A DNA stretch of 64,000 nucleotides from an uncultured Acidobacteriota bacterium (GTDB lineage: Bacteria; Acidobacteriota; Terriglobia; Terriglobales; Acidobacteriaceae), in the NCBI GenBank assembly GCA_963831435.1, contig CAWHQK010000082.1:22741-86740 (forward strand), in the 5' to 3' direction. Made by a program: the position numbers and the translations under genes. Every line of letters begins with the position of its first letter. Positions within the stretch are counted from its first letter, which is position 1. The notes beneath the pieces are model-generated. The model saw nothing but the letters and a program-made list of their open reading frames with translations, ran no database searches and was not told where the DNA came from. Below are positions 1 to 7,909 of the stretch, piece by piece.

Positions 1-1
1 C

Positions 2-1027
2 AACGAACAAACCCCTCGTCAGCAGTTGAAGGAGATCATCATTGCGACACTCATTCAACACTATCGCGAGCACGAGATGCCGGACGTTTTCTCCAAAAAG
101 CGTCCAAGCATCGGGACAGTTTGCGAACACGAAGAAGGACGCAAGTCCTATTCGACGCAGGAAACTTACGAGGGCTACCTGAAAAAGTGGATCGGGCCGA
201 GATGGGGATCTTACCGGCTCGGAGATGTCAAAGCAGTCCAGGTGGAACAGTGGTTGAAAACCGTGCCTCTGGCACGGGGCAGCAGGGCAAAGATCAGAAA
301 TATCATGAGCGCCTTGTACAGCCACGCCATACGGTGGGAATGGACGGACAAGAATCCAATCACGCAAGTTCGTCAGAGCGCCAAACGCTCCAAGATTCCG
401 ACCGTCTTGTCAGTGGAAGAGATTCAACGCCTCTTCTCCTGCATCAAGGAACCATGCCGGACTGCGGTGATTCTCGATGCGGTCAGCGGTTTGCGCGTGG
501 GGGAACTGTTGGGATTGAAGTGGGAGGATGTGAAATTCGATCAGCTCGAATTGAACGTGGCCCGCTCTGTTTCCCGTCAGGTCATTACTCCCTGCAAGAC
601 GGAAGTTTCACGCAAGCCGGTTCCCATGAATGTAGAGATCGCAGAGATGCTTTGGAGATGGAGGCAGGAAGCTCCATACAACCAACCGGGCGATTGGATT
701 TTCGCAAGTCCTCACAAAAAGGGAATCCAACCGTATTGGCCGGGATCGCTTTACAGGGCGCACCTAAAACCTGCGCTGCTGAATGCGGGCATTTCTGTTC
801 CAGTCGGCTGGCACACGCTAAGGCACAGTTTTGGAACCTTGATGAAAGCCAATGGGGAAGACATCAAGACCATCCAGGAACTGCTGCGCCACGCTACCTT
901 CAAAGTCACAGCGGACACCTACACACAAGCGGTCACGCCGGTGAAGCGCGATGCACAAGCCAGGATTGCAAAGCTAATCATGGCGGATGGTTCCGCATCA
1001 AAGGCGATCACTGCCACACTCCAATAA
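2..1027 (+). CDS. tyrosine site-specific integrase (phage-integrase family), 5' end cut by window edge
   Basis: The frame is open from nt 2, with no stop before the listed TTG at 26. Catalytic-box motifs are visible: SGLRVGELLGL (Arg), HTLRHSFGT (His-x-x-Arg), TADTYTQ (Tyr). It ends 62 nt from the 3' end of tRNA-Glu. Confidence 0.9.
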   Translation, partial: NEQTPRQQLKEIIIATLIQHYREHEMPDVFSKKRPSIGTVCEHEEGRKSYSTQETYEGYLKKWIGPRWGSYRLGDVKAVQVEQWLKTVPLARGSRAKIRNIMSALYSHAIRWEWTDKNPITQVRQSAKRSKIPTVLSVEEIQRLFSCIKEPCRTAVILDAVSGLRVGELLGLKWEDVKFDQLELNVARSVSRQVITPCKTEVSRKPVPMNVEIAEMLWRWRQEAPYNQPGDWIFASPHKKGIQPYWPGSLYRAHLKPALLNAGISVPVGWHTLRHSFGTLMKANGEDIKTIQELLRHATFKVTADTYTQAVTPVKRDAQARIAKLIMADGSASKAITATLQ

Positions 1028-1089
1028 CCAATTGGACCCTAATGGACCCTGATTCAAAAGGGCCAATGTTACTAAGTCTTTTGGATTGT

Positions 1090-1167
1090 TGGCGTCCCCG
1101 ACGGGATTTGAACCCGTGTTACCGCCGTGAAAGGGCGATGTCCTAGGCCAGGCTAGACGACGGGGAC
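1090..1167 (-). tRNA. tRNA-Glu (anticodon UUC), CCA encoded
   Basis: The reverse complement reads GTCCCCGTCGTCTAGCCTGGCCTAGGACATCGCCCTTTCACGGCGGTAACACGGGTTCAAATCCCGTCGGGGACGCCA. Acceptor stem GTCCCCG/CGGGGAC, anticodon stem TCGCC/GGCGG with loop CTTTCAC, T-arm ACGGG-TTCAAAT-CCCGT. Confidence 0.93.
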
Positions 1168-1408
1168 GGAAGAGATCAGCAAGAAGTACAGACAAACTGC
1201 GATGAAAACGCGGCGCAGTCGAATTACGATGTTAACAGTGGGGTTGGTTAGTGTCAAAATGCCCGCTTCGCGTTGCGTGTGTCTCTGTCGAACGTTACTT
1301 GCTGGTACTTGTTCCATAAAATCCGATCGCGCATAATTCTCACGGCAACTCAGATTTTCGGTGCTGATCCGATAGTGCGCGCCGAATTTTTCACGCCACT
1401 ACACAAAT

Positions 1409-1918
1409 ATGCCCGGTCCCGCGATCTCAGCGCTCGCTTTGCAGGAGCATTTGGCCTACACGGTGTGGGCGAGCACGCGACTGCTTTCCGCCGCGGCGCA
1501 GCTTTCCGAACGGGAACTTGGGCACGACTTCAAGACTGCGGACCGCAGTGTTGTGGGAACGCTGGCCCACATTTTTGCCGCAGACCGCGTTTGGCTGGGA
1601 CGCATCAAGCAGCGGCCGCCCTCCATCTTCATTTCCCCACAGGATAAGAATCTCGCGGTCTTACAAGAACAGTGGCCCGGACTTCACGCGGCGTGGATCC
1701 AGTGGGCCGCGGATTTGACCGACGAGTCCGTGCAAGGCGTCCTTTCTTATCAGGACCTGAAAGGAAATCCGTGGACGCAACCCATGTGGCAGATAGTGCT
1801 TCACGTGGTGAATCACGCAACTCACCATCGCGGGCAGGTTTCAGGATTTTTGCGGGCGCTTGGCCGCACGCCACCAACTCTGGATCTCATTGCTTTTTAT
1901 CGTGAAAAGCTCTGCTGA
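1409..1918 (+). CDS. DinB-family (DinB/YfiT-like) putative metal-dependent protein
   Basis: 169 aa. Four-helix-bundle-type motifs LAHIFAADRVWLGRI and HVVNHATHHRGQVSGFL (His triad) are typical of the DinB superfamily. Confidence 0.8.
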   Translation: MPGPAISALALQEHLAYTVWASTRLLSAAAQLSERELGHDFKTADRSVVGTLAHIFAADRVWLGRIKQRPPSIFISPQDKNLAVLQEQWPGLHAAWIQWAADLTDESVQGVLSYQDLKGNPWTQPMWQIVLHVVNHATHHRGQVSGFLRALGRTPPTLDLIAFYREKLC

Positions 1919-2014
1919 CCGGAACGTTTACAATTCAAGTTTCCAATCGCGAATCTTCCCTTCTGGTTACCATCGGCACTTTCCCGGTATTTGCCGTTGC
2001 GCTAAAGTCAGCCC

Positions 2015-2191
2015 ATGTCCACAACAAACAAAAAGACCCTTTGCGCGCAGTGTGAAATGGGCGAGGACAAGTGCGAGTGCGAAAAATTCTGCGTCTTTTG
2101 CCAGGGGCAGATTGATCCTCGCCTTTGCACCGATGGCCTCTATTATTGCCAGGCTTGCCGCGAAGCTTGTGACTATGAGGTTTCCGGTTAA
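2015..2191 (+). CDS. small cysteine-rich (zinc-ribbon-like) protein, 58 aa, below the ORF-track cutoff
   Basis: Hand translation: MSTTNKKTLCAQCEMGEDKCECEKFCVFCQGQIDPRLCTDGLYYCQACREACDYEVSG. It has 10 Cys arranged as CxxC, CxC, CxxC, CxxC pairs and fills an otherwise empty 540-nt gap. No strong Shine-Dalgarno sequence. Confidence 0.4.
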   Translation: MSTTNKKTLCAQCEMGEDKCECEKFCVFCQGQIDPRLCTDGLYYCQACREACDYEVSG

Positions 2192-2392
2192 GCTTTGTTA
2201 GCGCTATAGACCATTACTGCAAGCGATGGGAAAACGTCTCAGGAAGGTGAAAAAGGCGGGTCTTTCTCTTTCGCTTGAGGGGGGCGTTAGGATTTCTGAA
2301 AGACCCGCTAGCCGTGGCTCGTTTCTACACGCAATCCGACCGAGGCTTTCAAAGAACTTTGTTTTGTTCGGATTTCAGAATAAGAACCGATT

Positions 2393-2854
2393 TTGCCCTC
2401 TCTAGCCCTTCCCAATACCTCAAACCACGGTGCAATGTTTTGCATCGAAGGTGGGAGGATGCCGATTTCCCTGCAGATTGTGTGGCTTTTTGTGCTGGCG
2501 ATCCCTGTCGCCTGCGTGGCTTGGACCGTCACCCACGAGGAGATTTTTCGCGAGCCGCGCGAATACTGCCAGCGGAGGTCCGAGCAGTGCAAATCTTTGC
2601 CGTCCCGCAAATTCTTTTACGTCTTTACCTGCGAGTATTGTCTAAGTCACTACGTAGCTCTCGCTTTCCTGCTGATCACACGCTACAAACTGCTCTATCC
2701 GGATTGGCGTGGCTACTTACTTTCTTTGTTCGCCCTGGTCTGGGTGGCGAACATTTATATGAACATTTACAACCGGCTGCGATTGGACATTAAACACGAA
2801 CGCATAGCCATTGAGGCGAAAGAAGAGGAAGTGGAAAATCAAAAAGCCGCCTGA
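2393..2854 (+). CDS. small integral membrane protein (start uncertain; ATG at 2435 or 2459 possible)
   Basis: Hydrophobic segments IVWLFVLAIPVACVAW, YVALAFLLI and LLSLFALVWVANIY, a conserved-looking FTCEYCLSHY motif, and a charged C-terminal tail. Confidence 0.6.
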   Translation: MPSLALPNTSNHGAMFCIEGGRMPISLQIVWLFVLAIPVACVAWTVTHEEIFREPREYCQRRSEQCKSLPSRKFFYVFTCEYCLSHYVALAFLLITRYKLLYPDWRGYLLSLFALVWVANIYMNIYNRLRLDIKHERIAIEAKEEEVENQKAA

Positions 2855-2876
2855 CGGAACCGGCAGACGGCTTTTT
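2841..2876. terminator. candidate bidirectional intrinsic terminator between convergent genes
   Basis: AAAAAGCCGCCTG-loop-CAGACGGCTTTTT. An imperfect GC stem is flanked by an A5 run on the left and a T5 run on the right. Confidence 0.45.
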
Positions 2877-2916
2877 GAAACAATCGGCTTGTGGACCAAA
2901 AAAGCGCAATGACAAA

Positions 2917-3474
2917 CTATTGGCGGTTCATTGCCTGGCTCGAGGTCTTTTGCAGCTGATCGAGTTCCGACAAGACTTCCGTGCTGTGCTTGTTCGGATC
3001 CACAGTCATATATGAGCGGTCAATCTTGCCTTCCGGATTAATAATGAATGTATGCCGGGCCGCGATCTCGGTCACGCCAAAATTCATCAGTGATCCGTAC
3101 TCTCCGGCGACCTTGTGCGTTGAATCGGAAAGTAGCTTAAAATTGAGCCCTTCCTTGGCGCAGAACTGCTTGTGCGAGTCCACGCTGTCCACGCTCACGC
3201 CTAACACCACCGCGTTCCGTTTCGCATACTCCGCTTGGTCGCGCTGAAAGTTGTGCGCTTCAATGGTGCACCCCGTGGTCATGTCTTTCGGATAGAAGTA
3301 CAGCACTACCCACTTTCCGCGAAAATCCTTCAGGCTGACGCTTGGGCTGTCCTGTGAGGGCAGCGAAAAATCAGGGGCCATGGTTCCTACTTCCGGGGCC
3401 GGTCCTGCCTGCGCCATGTGCCATGCAAATCCGGTAATGACAACTAAGACGACTGCAATAATCCACAACCGCAT
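2917..3474 (-). CDS. bcp: secreted peroxiredoxin, Bcp/AhpC-TSA family
   Basis: N-terminal signal peptide MRLWIIAVVLVVITGFAWHMAQA. Peroxidatic Cys motif FYPKDMTTGCTIEAHNF. Confidence 0.85.
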   Translation of the reverse strand: MRLWIIAVVLVVITGFAWHMAQAGPAPEVGTMAPDFSLPSQDSPSVSLKDFRGKWVVLYFYPKDMTTGCTIEAHNFQRDQAEYAKRNAVVLGVSVDSVDSHKQFCAKEGLNFKLLSDSTHKVAGEYGSLMNFGVTEIAARHTFIINPEGKIDRSYMTVDPNKHSTEVLSELDQLQKTSSQAMNRQ

Positions 3475-3804
3475 GTTTCCTCCTTAAAGAACCGCTAAAC
3501 ATCATAGAGCGTTGAGGCGCAAAAAAGTGTCAAAAAATCGTCTCGAAATCCTCTTGAACCATTCTATTCTTCCTGGCCCCCCTACGGTCACCACTGTAGA
3601 TTCTTAGAGTGCCCGAGGTACGGCCTTTCGGCAATCCCCTCAAATATGTCACTAAATACGGTGCGGAAGCTGTGTGCTGTCGGCATCCTCGCGGTTCTAT
3701 CGCGCCATCTAGGATGTCTGGAAATGTACGGGAACGAACAAATCGTTGTGAAAACCAACAGCAAGGGCGACCCCCAAGCAGCGGTCTACTCCCACGGAGG
3801 TACT

Positions 3805-4584
3805 TTGAAAACACTCGCAATCCTCTTTATCGCACTTCTGTTGTCGCTGGTGGCCGCCGCCGTTCCGGCCGCTGCCCAGCAAGACGGGCATCAGGATGAT
3901 GCCAAACCGGCAGAACATCAGGAAGCCCCGCCGAAAGAAGCGAAGCCTAAGGCAGCCAAACCCGATCAGCATGCGCAAGATCAAAATCGGCACGCGCAAG
4001 ACCAGCAGATGAAAGACCAGCAGAAGGCCCAGGAAAAGCAAGCGAAGGACCAGGCTAAACAGCAGCAGGATGCAGCCAGGAACCAGCAGGATGAGGCCAA
4101 ACACCAGCAGGACCAAGCCCATCACGAACAGGACAAGCAGGCACAGGAAAATCAAAAGCGCCAGCAGGATCAGGCCAGGCAGGCGCAGAAAGAGCAAGAA
4201 AAGCAACAGAAGGATCAGGACCGAGACCGTCAGCAACAAGCCCGCCAACAGCAAGCTCAGCAGCAGCAAGCACGGCAGGACCAGGACCGCCGATCACATA
4301 ACGACCACGATCACTATCAACAGGCGTCCAACCGTCAACGCATTCCAGACGACAAATTCCGCGCTCACTTCGGTCGCGAGCATCACTTCCATGTCGGCCA
4401 TCCGGTAATTGTGGATAACGAACCGCGCTTCCAGTACAGCGGATATTGGTTTGAATTCGCGCAACCCTGGCCGGTGGACTGGTCTTATGATGACGATTGC
4501 TACATTGACTACGTGGATGACGGCTACTATCTCTTCGATCCCGTTCATCCCGGCATTCGCATTGCAGTAAATGTGATTTTCTAG
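3805..4584 (+). CDS. secreted low-complexity Gln/Lys/Asp-rich protein with an aromatic-rich C-terminal domain
   Basis: The ORF frame is open from 3646. A TTG at 3805 lies 4 nt after GGAGG and yields the signal peptide KTLAILFIALLLSLVAAAVPAAAQ. The middle region is QDQ/KQQ-type low complexity. C-terminus: FRAHFGREHHFHVGHP...FQYSGYWFEFAQPWPVDWSYDDDCYIDYVDDGYYLFDP. Confidence 0.65.
   Translation: MKTLAILFIALLLSLVAAAVPAAAQQDGHQDDAKPAEHQEAPPKEAKPKAAKPDQHAQDQNRHAQDQQMKDQQKAQEKQAKDQAKQQQDAARNQQDEAKHQQDQAHHEQDKQAQENQKRQQDQARQAQKEQEKQQKDQDRDRQQQARQQQAQQQQARQDQDRRSHNDHDHYQQASNRQRIPDDKFRAHFGREHHFHVGHPVIVDNEPRFQYSGYWFEFAQPWPVDWSYDDDCYIDYVDDGYYLFDPVHPGIRIAVNVIF
3900..4290 (+). repeat. low-complexity CAG/CAA/AAG-rich coding tract
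   Basis: It encodes about 130 aa made almost only of Q, K, D, A, E, H and R. It also generates long spurious ORFs in other frames and on the opposite strand. Confidence 0.8.
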
Positions 4585-4675
4585 GGGTCAAATCACCTCA
4601 TTGCCCTCTTTGAACGTGTGGCTCCGGTTGGCAAACAATCCACCTGAGCCATGCATTTTTGAGACAGTTGGCGAT

Positions 4676-4707
4676 AAAAAAAGGCCGGAGGAAATTCCTC
4701 CGGCCTT
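4676..4707 (-). terminator. intrinsic terminator of the 4725-5813 gene (may also serve 3805-4584)
   Basis: Perfect hairpin AAGGCCGGAGG-AAATT-CCTCCGGCCTT. On the minus strand it is followed by a T7 run. Confidence 0.8.
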
Positions 4708-4724
4708 ATGTTCAAACCTAACGC

Positions 4725-5813
4725 TCATTCGTTATTCCCGCGTTGTTCGGTGGATACTGGCGTAATGGTTCCAAGTATTCCATTTGCCTCATCATTCGGC
4801 CCGGCGGTGAAATACAGCGTGTTGGCTTGCCCGGCCGCCCCGTCGTTACCAAAACTGAGCGACCACAACCGGTCAATGGTCAACGGCTGGCTGGTGGAAT
4901 CTTCGACCGTGCCTTCAAATTTACCTGTCAGCAAATCAAATGCGTGGATGGTTCCATCTCCAAAGTTGCCGATCAGCAGGCGGTGGCTGAATACGCCAAA
5001 GTCGGCAGGAGTGAGTACAACTCCCCAGGGCGCGTTCAAGAACCATCCGTGCTCAAGTCGCTGTACCAGGCGTCCATGTGGATCGAAAATGGAAACGAAG
5101 CCCAATCCTGATCCATCAACTTCGTCAATACTTCCTCTTTTCTGCTTCGCGAACGTCACAACAAGATTCCCGCCCACGTTTTGAATGTTGAATGGCGCGT
5201 AGTTAAATGGAACTCTGGGATCGCGGAATGCCCACCAATTCAAATGCACTGGGTGCCAGGACGAGTCAAAAACCTCCACTTGCCCTGTCTTGAAGTTGGT
5301 TGCATAGAGGAAGGTGCCGGCGCTGGTGGTGGCCAGAGTGCATCCTTTATAGGCGGCCCTTCCTGAACGATCTACCGCAAGCACGGCACTGGGTCCGCCG
5401 TTCCAGCCGGAAATGGTTCCATCTTCGGTCACAAACATGAATACCGATTTTGCTCCGTTCACTGGGAATCCGGCGCTGTAGTTGAATACCGTGCCGGTCG
5501 GCGCTGCCATTCCCGTTCCGTTCTTCGGAAGAGGAATTTTGACAACGAGGGACTGCGCCACTCCGGCTCCGTTATAAAGTGTGGCTAGGCCAGTACCATT
5601 GTCCGCAGCCCACCACGGAGTTCCAGAGCCGCGAGTTAAGCCCCACGGATTTATCAAATTGCCGTCGGTGTTTTTTGCCGTCATGGATGTGCTTGCCGAG
5701 TCGGCGGTAAGGTCGGTTCGGGTGAAGTGTTGGGCGAAAGCGGATGTAGTAAAGATGAGCAGAGCGAACGCCGCTATCCACCCCCACCGAGAGGGAACAA
5801 ATTGCTTTGACAT
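4725..5813 (-). CDS. secreted beta-propeller-like protein, resembles the TIGR03118 family
   Basis: Signal peptide WIAAFALLIFTTSAFAQ. Motifs LINPWGLTRGSGTPWWAADNGTG, ATLYNG and LLIGNFGDGTIHAFD resemble what I recall of TIGR03118 proteins. The family name was not verified. Confidence 0.55.
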   Translation of the reverse strand: MSKQFVPSRWGWIAAFALLIFTTSAFAQHFTRTDLTADSASTSMTAKNTDGNLINPWGLTRGSGTPWWAADNGTGLATLYNGAGVAQSLVVKIPLPKNGTGMAAPTGTVFNYSAGFPVNGAKSVFMFVTEDGTISGWNGGPSAVLAVDRSGRAAYKGCTLATTSAGTFLYATNFKTGQVEVFDSSWHPVHLNWWAFRDPRVPFNYAPFNIQNVGGNLVVTFAKQKRGSIDEVDGSGLGFVSIFDPHGRLVQRLEHGWFLNAPWGVVLTPADFGVFSHRLLIGNFGDGTIHAFDLLTGKFEGTVEDSTSQPLTIDRLWSLSFGNDGAAGQANTLYFTAGPNDEANGILGTITPVSTEQRGNNE

Positions 5814-6031
5814 GAAAATTTACCTCGCTTTGATATCAGGCTGGACAGAGCCACTGGGATTGCGCGCTCCACAACGAAAGGCGTAATTCGAAAATCTCAA
5901 GCGCAGCATTGCCAGCAAAGTTATGCGCCACATTGAAAAGATTTGTCATTGAATTGTCTGCGCGAGGTCAATTCTGCGGCGGGTTTCTTTCGCATTTGTG
6001 CAAAACTCAGCGGGAATTCACTTGAATCATT

Positions 6032-6451
6032 TCAGCGAAGCGCGGGAAGGTCGCTGTTCCAGCATTCGACGGTGATGAGCCACGCGCCCAGCCGACGCCA
6101 AGTGTGCACGTACTTGCCCCGGTCCGCCAACATTGTCCCATTGCTTTGCCTCCGAATCACGGAGTAGCGCCCGGTTTCAACGGCAATATCTCCGGAATGG
6201 GTGATGCGTTCGGTTTCCAAGCGGAGGTCCTCTAATCCTTCGTCTCCGAGTTTGCGGCTGGTCTGCTCAATGGCCCGGGTGCCTTCTGCAATGGGACGAT
6301 TCGGGGCCATGGAGACGCCATCCGGCGAAAACAGCGCCGCCACCTGATCGTAATTTCCAGTGTTGAAAGCCATGCACAGGTCCTGCGTCAAGCCGCGAAT
6401 CATAGTCTCAACATCCGGAAAGCGATTAGGGACACTACTGAAGCGGTACAT
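6032..6451 (-). CDS. NTF2-like / SnoaL-like (DUF4440-type) protein
   Basis: 139 aa. It follows the typical pattern FNTGNYDQVAALFSPDG...GDIAVETGRYS...GKYVHTWRRLGAWLI. Confidence 0.65.
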   Translation of the reverse strand: MYRFSSVPNRFPDVETMIRGLTQDLCMAFNTGNYDQVAALFSPDGVSMAPNRPIAEGTRAIEQTSRKLGDEGLEDLRLETERITHSGDIAVETGRYSVIRRQSNGTMLADRGKYVHTWRRLGAWLITVECWNSDLPALR

Positions 6452-6677
6452 CGGAACTCCTCCGCGCTTAGGCTGCTGTAAGAACTTGCGTTATCAGATG
6501 GCGTGAAAATTCCGTAGGTTGGAATGCATTTGAGGAAAATCAGGTGGTGAGCGATATGGCTAGAGCCATATCCTGATACGAATTGCTTCTATGTAAACTG
6601 CACAACTCCCAACGCGCGGTTGCAAAGCCAGAGAGGGTCAATTAAGCTAAATTTCCACGCAAAGTGATCCATCCATC

Positions 6678-6764
6678 GCCGGGATGGCGGAACTGGCAGA
6701 CGCAGCGGACTCAAAATCCGCCGACCTTCGGGTCATGGGGGTTCGACCCCCCCTCCCGGCACCA
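6678..6764 (+). tRNA. tRNA-Leu (anticodon CAA), long variable arm, CCA encoded
   Basis: GCCGGGATGGCGGAACTGGCAGACGCAGCGGACTCAAAATCCGCCGACCTTCGGGTCATGGGGGTTCGACCCCCCTCCCGGCACCA. Acceptor stem GCCGGGA/TCCCGGC, anticodon stem GCGGA/TCCGC with loop CTCAAAA. Confidence 0.93.
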
Positions 6765-6943
6765 ATGGCTATTTCATCTTTTACAAATGATATTGGTCGT
6801 CGGCAATGAGGATGTACTTCATAGAAGCCAGATTCCATCGTCACTAGCGAATGGATTCAAACAAATCGGCTTCATTATTGCGTAGCATCCACAATTGTGG
6901 TAATCAGGTACATACAATACGTCACCATTCAATATCTCCACAA

Positions 6944-7639
6944 ATGTCAGCCTCTTTCATGACTACTCCACCTGGAAGCGATGAATCATGGCTCACGGCG
7001 ATGTTCCCTAACTCAGGTTATGCGCGTTTGCTGAGAGTGATCGCAGGGATTTTTTTAGCTGCGGGCATTTTCGGCCTCGCAGATCGCGTAGTGACCATTA
7101 GCGCCGACCTACATGCGCGGCATACCTGGCCGAGTGCCGACGGGGAGATTGTGTCGGCGAACCAAAGTGACGATCATTCGAATCCTTCGTTTAGGGTGAG
7201 CCTCTCCAGCCGCACACGATATTGGGTGGAATACGAGGTGAAGTTTGCGATCCCCGAAGGTCAATGCAGAACGGGAACTATCTACACAGGCCGCTCAGAA
7301 ACCATGTCTTGCTACGGAATTATTCGGACGCGTAGCACACAATCGACATCTCGGTCCTATACTTGGCTTATCCACGGTTATCACGCGACGGAGCGTGTGA
7401 GAGTGCTGTATAACCCGAATGGTCCCGAGATCAAAATTGCGGGCGAATCCATATGGCTTCGCTACAATGTCGAGTGGCTAGTCCTTAACATTCTTTGGGT
7501 CTTCGTATTTCTCGCATTTTACGCATTTGCCCACCGCCGCCTGGCATATTTCAGAAGCCACCCTGAAGCCGAGGGGGTGCCTACGCAAGCCGGTTCTCCA
7601 ACTGACGACAAATACAAGCTCACAGATCTTAACCTGTAG
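6944..7639 (+). CDS. membrane protein with DUF3592-like architecture (TM, beta domain, TM); ORF open from 6851
   Basis: An N-terminal TM segment (LLRVIAGIFLAAGIFGL), a soluble core (WPSADGEIVSA...VEYEV...VRVLYNPNGP) and a C-terminal TM segment (LVLNILWVFVFLAFYAF). It lies in an AT-richer segment just after tRNA-Leu. Confidence 0.55.
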   Translation: MSASFMTTPPGSDESWLTAMFPNSGYARLLRVIAGIFLAAGIFGLADRVVTISADLHARHTWPSADGEIVSANQSDDHSNPSFRVSLSSRTRYWVEYEVKFAIPEGQCRTGTIYTGRSETMSCYGIIRTRSTQSTSRSYTWLIHGYHATERVRVLYNPNGPEIKIAGESIWLRYNVEWLVLNILWVFVFLAFYAFAHRRLAYFRSHPEAEGVPTQAGSPTDDKYKLTDLNL

Positions 7640-7909
7640 TAAGTAACCAAATGATGGAGAAATTGGCTGCATTATCAAACGTGCATCATGAAGGAGATGT
7701 GATGCTTGACCGAAGTAAAAGGATTGTGCTCGGAGTCACAGACGATTCGAAAGCGATTGTTGATTAACAGGTGATTGAGCGCACAATTATGCGGAGTCTG
7801 GATTTAAAGGCTGGGATCGCGAGCTGCTGGGACCATTAGCCGTGGGCAAAGGTCGGAGCTGTAGTAAAACTGTAGTAGTTCCATGTTCAAAACCCTCTAG
7901 GGAGACCCG

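Noticed and set aside
121-1146. 341-aa ORF overlapping the integrase in another frame
   Set aside because: The translation is Arg/Gly/Ser-rich with no motifs, and it overlaps a well-supported integrase frame and the tRNA. This is a typical off-frame ORF in GC-rich DNA.
3709-4591. Long ORFs on the minus strand and in an alternate frame (3709-4269, 4055-4591, 4070-4408, 4294-4548)
   Set aside because: These are artefacts of the CAG/AAG low-complexity tract. The translations are poly-Leu or Arg/Pro-rich nonsense lacking stops by composition alone.
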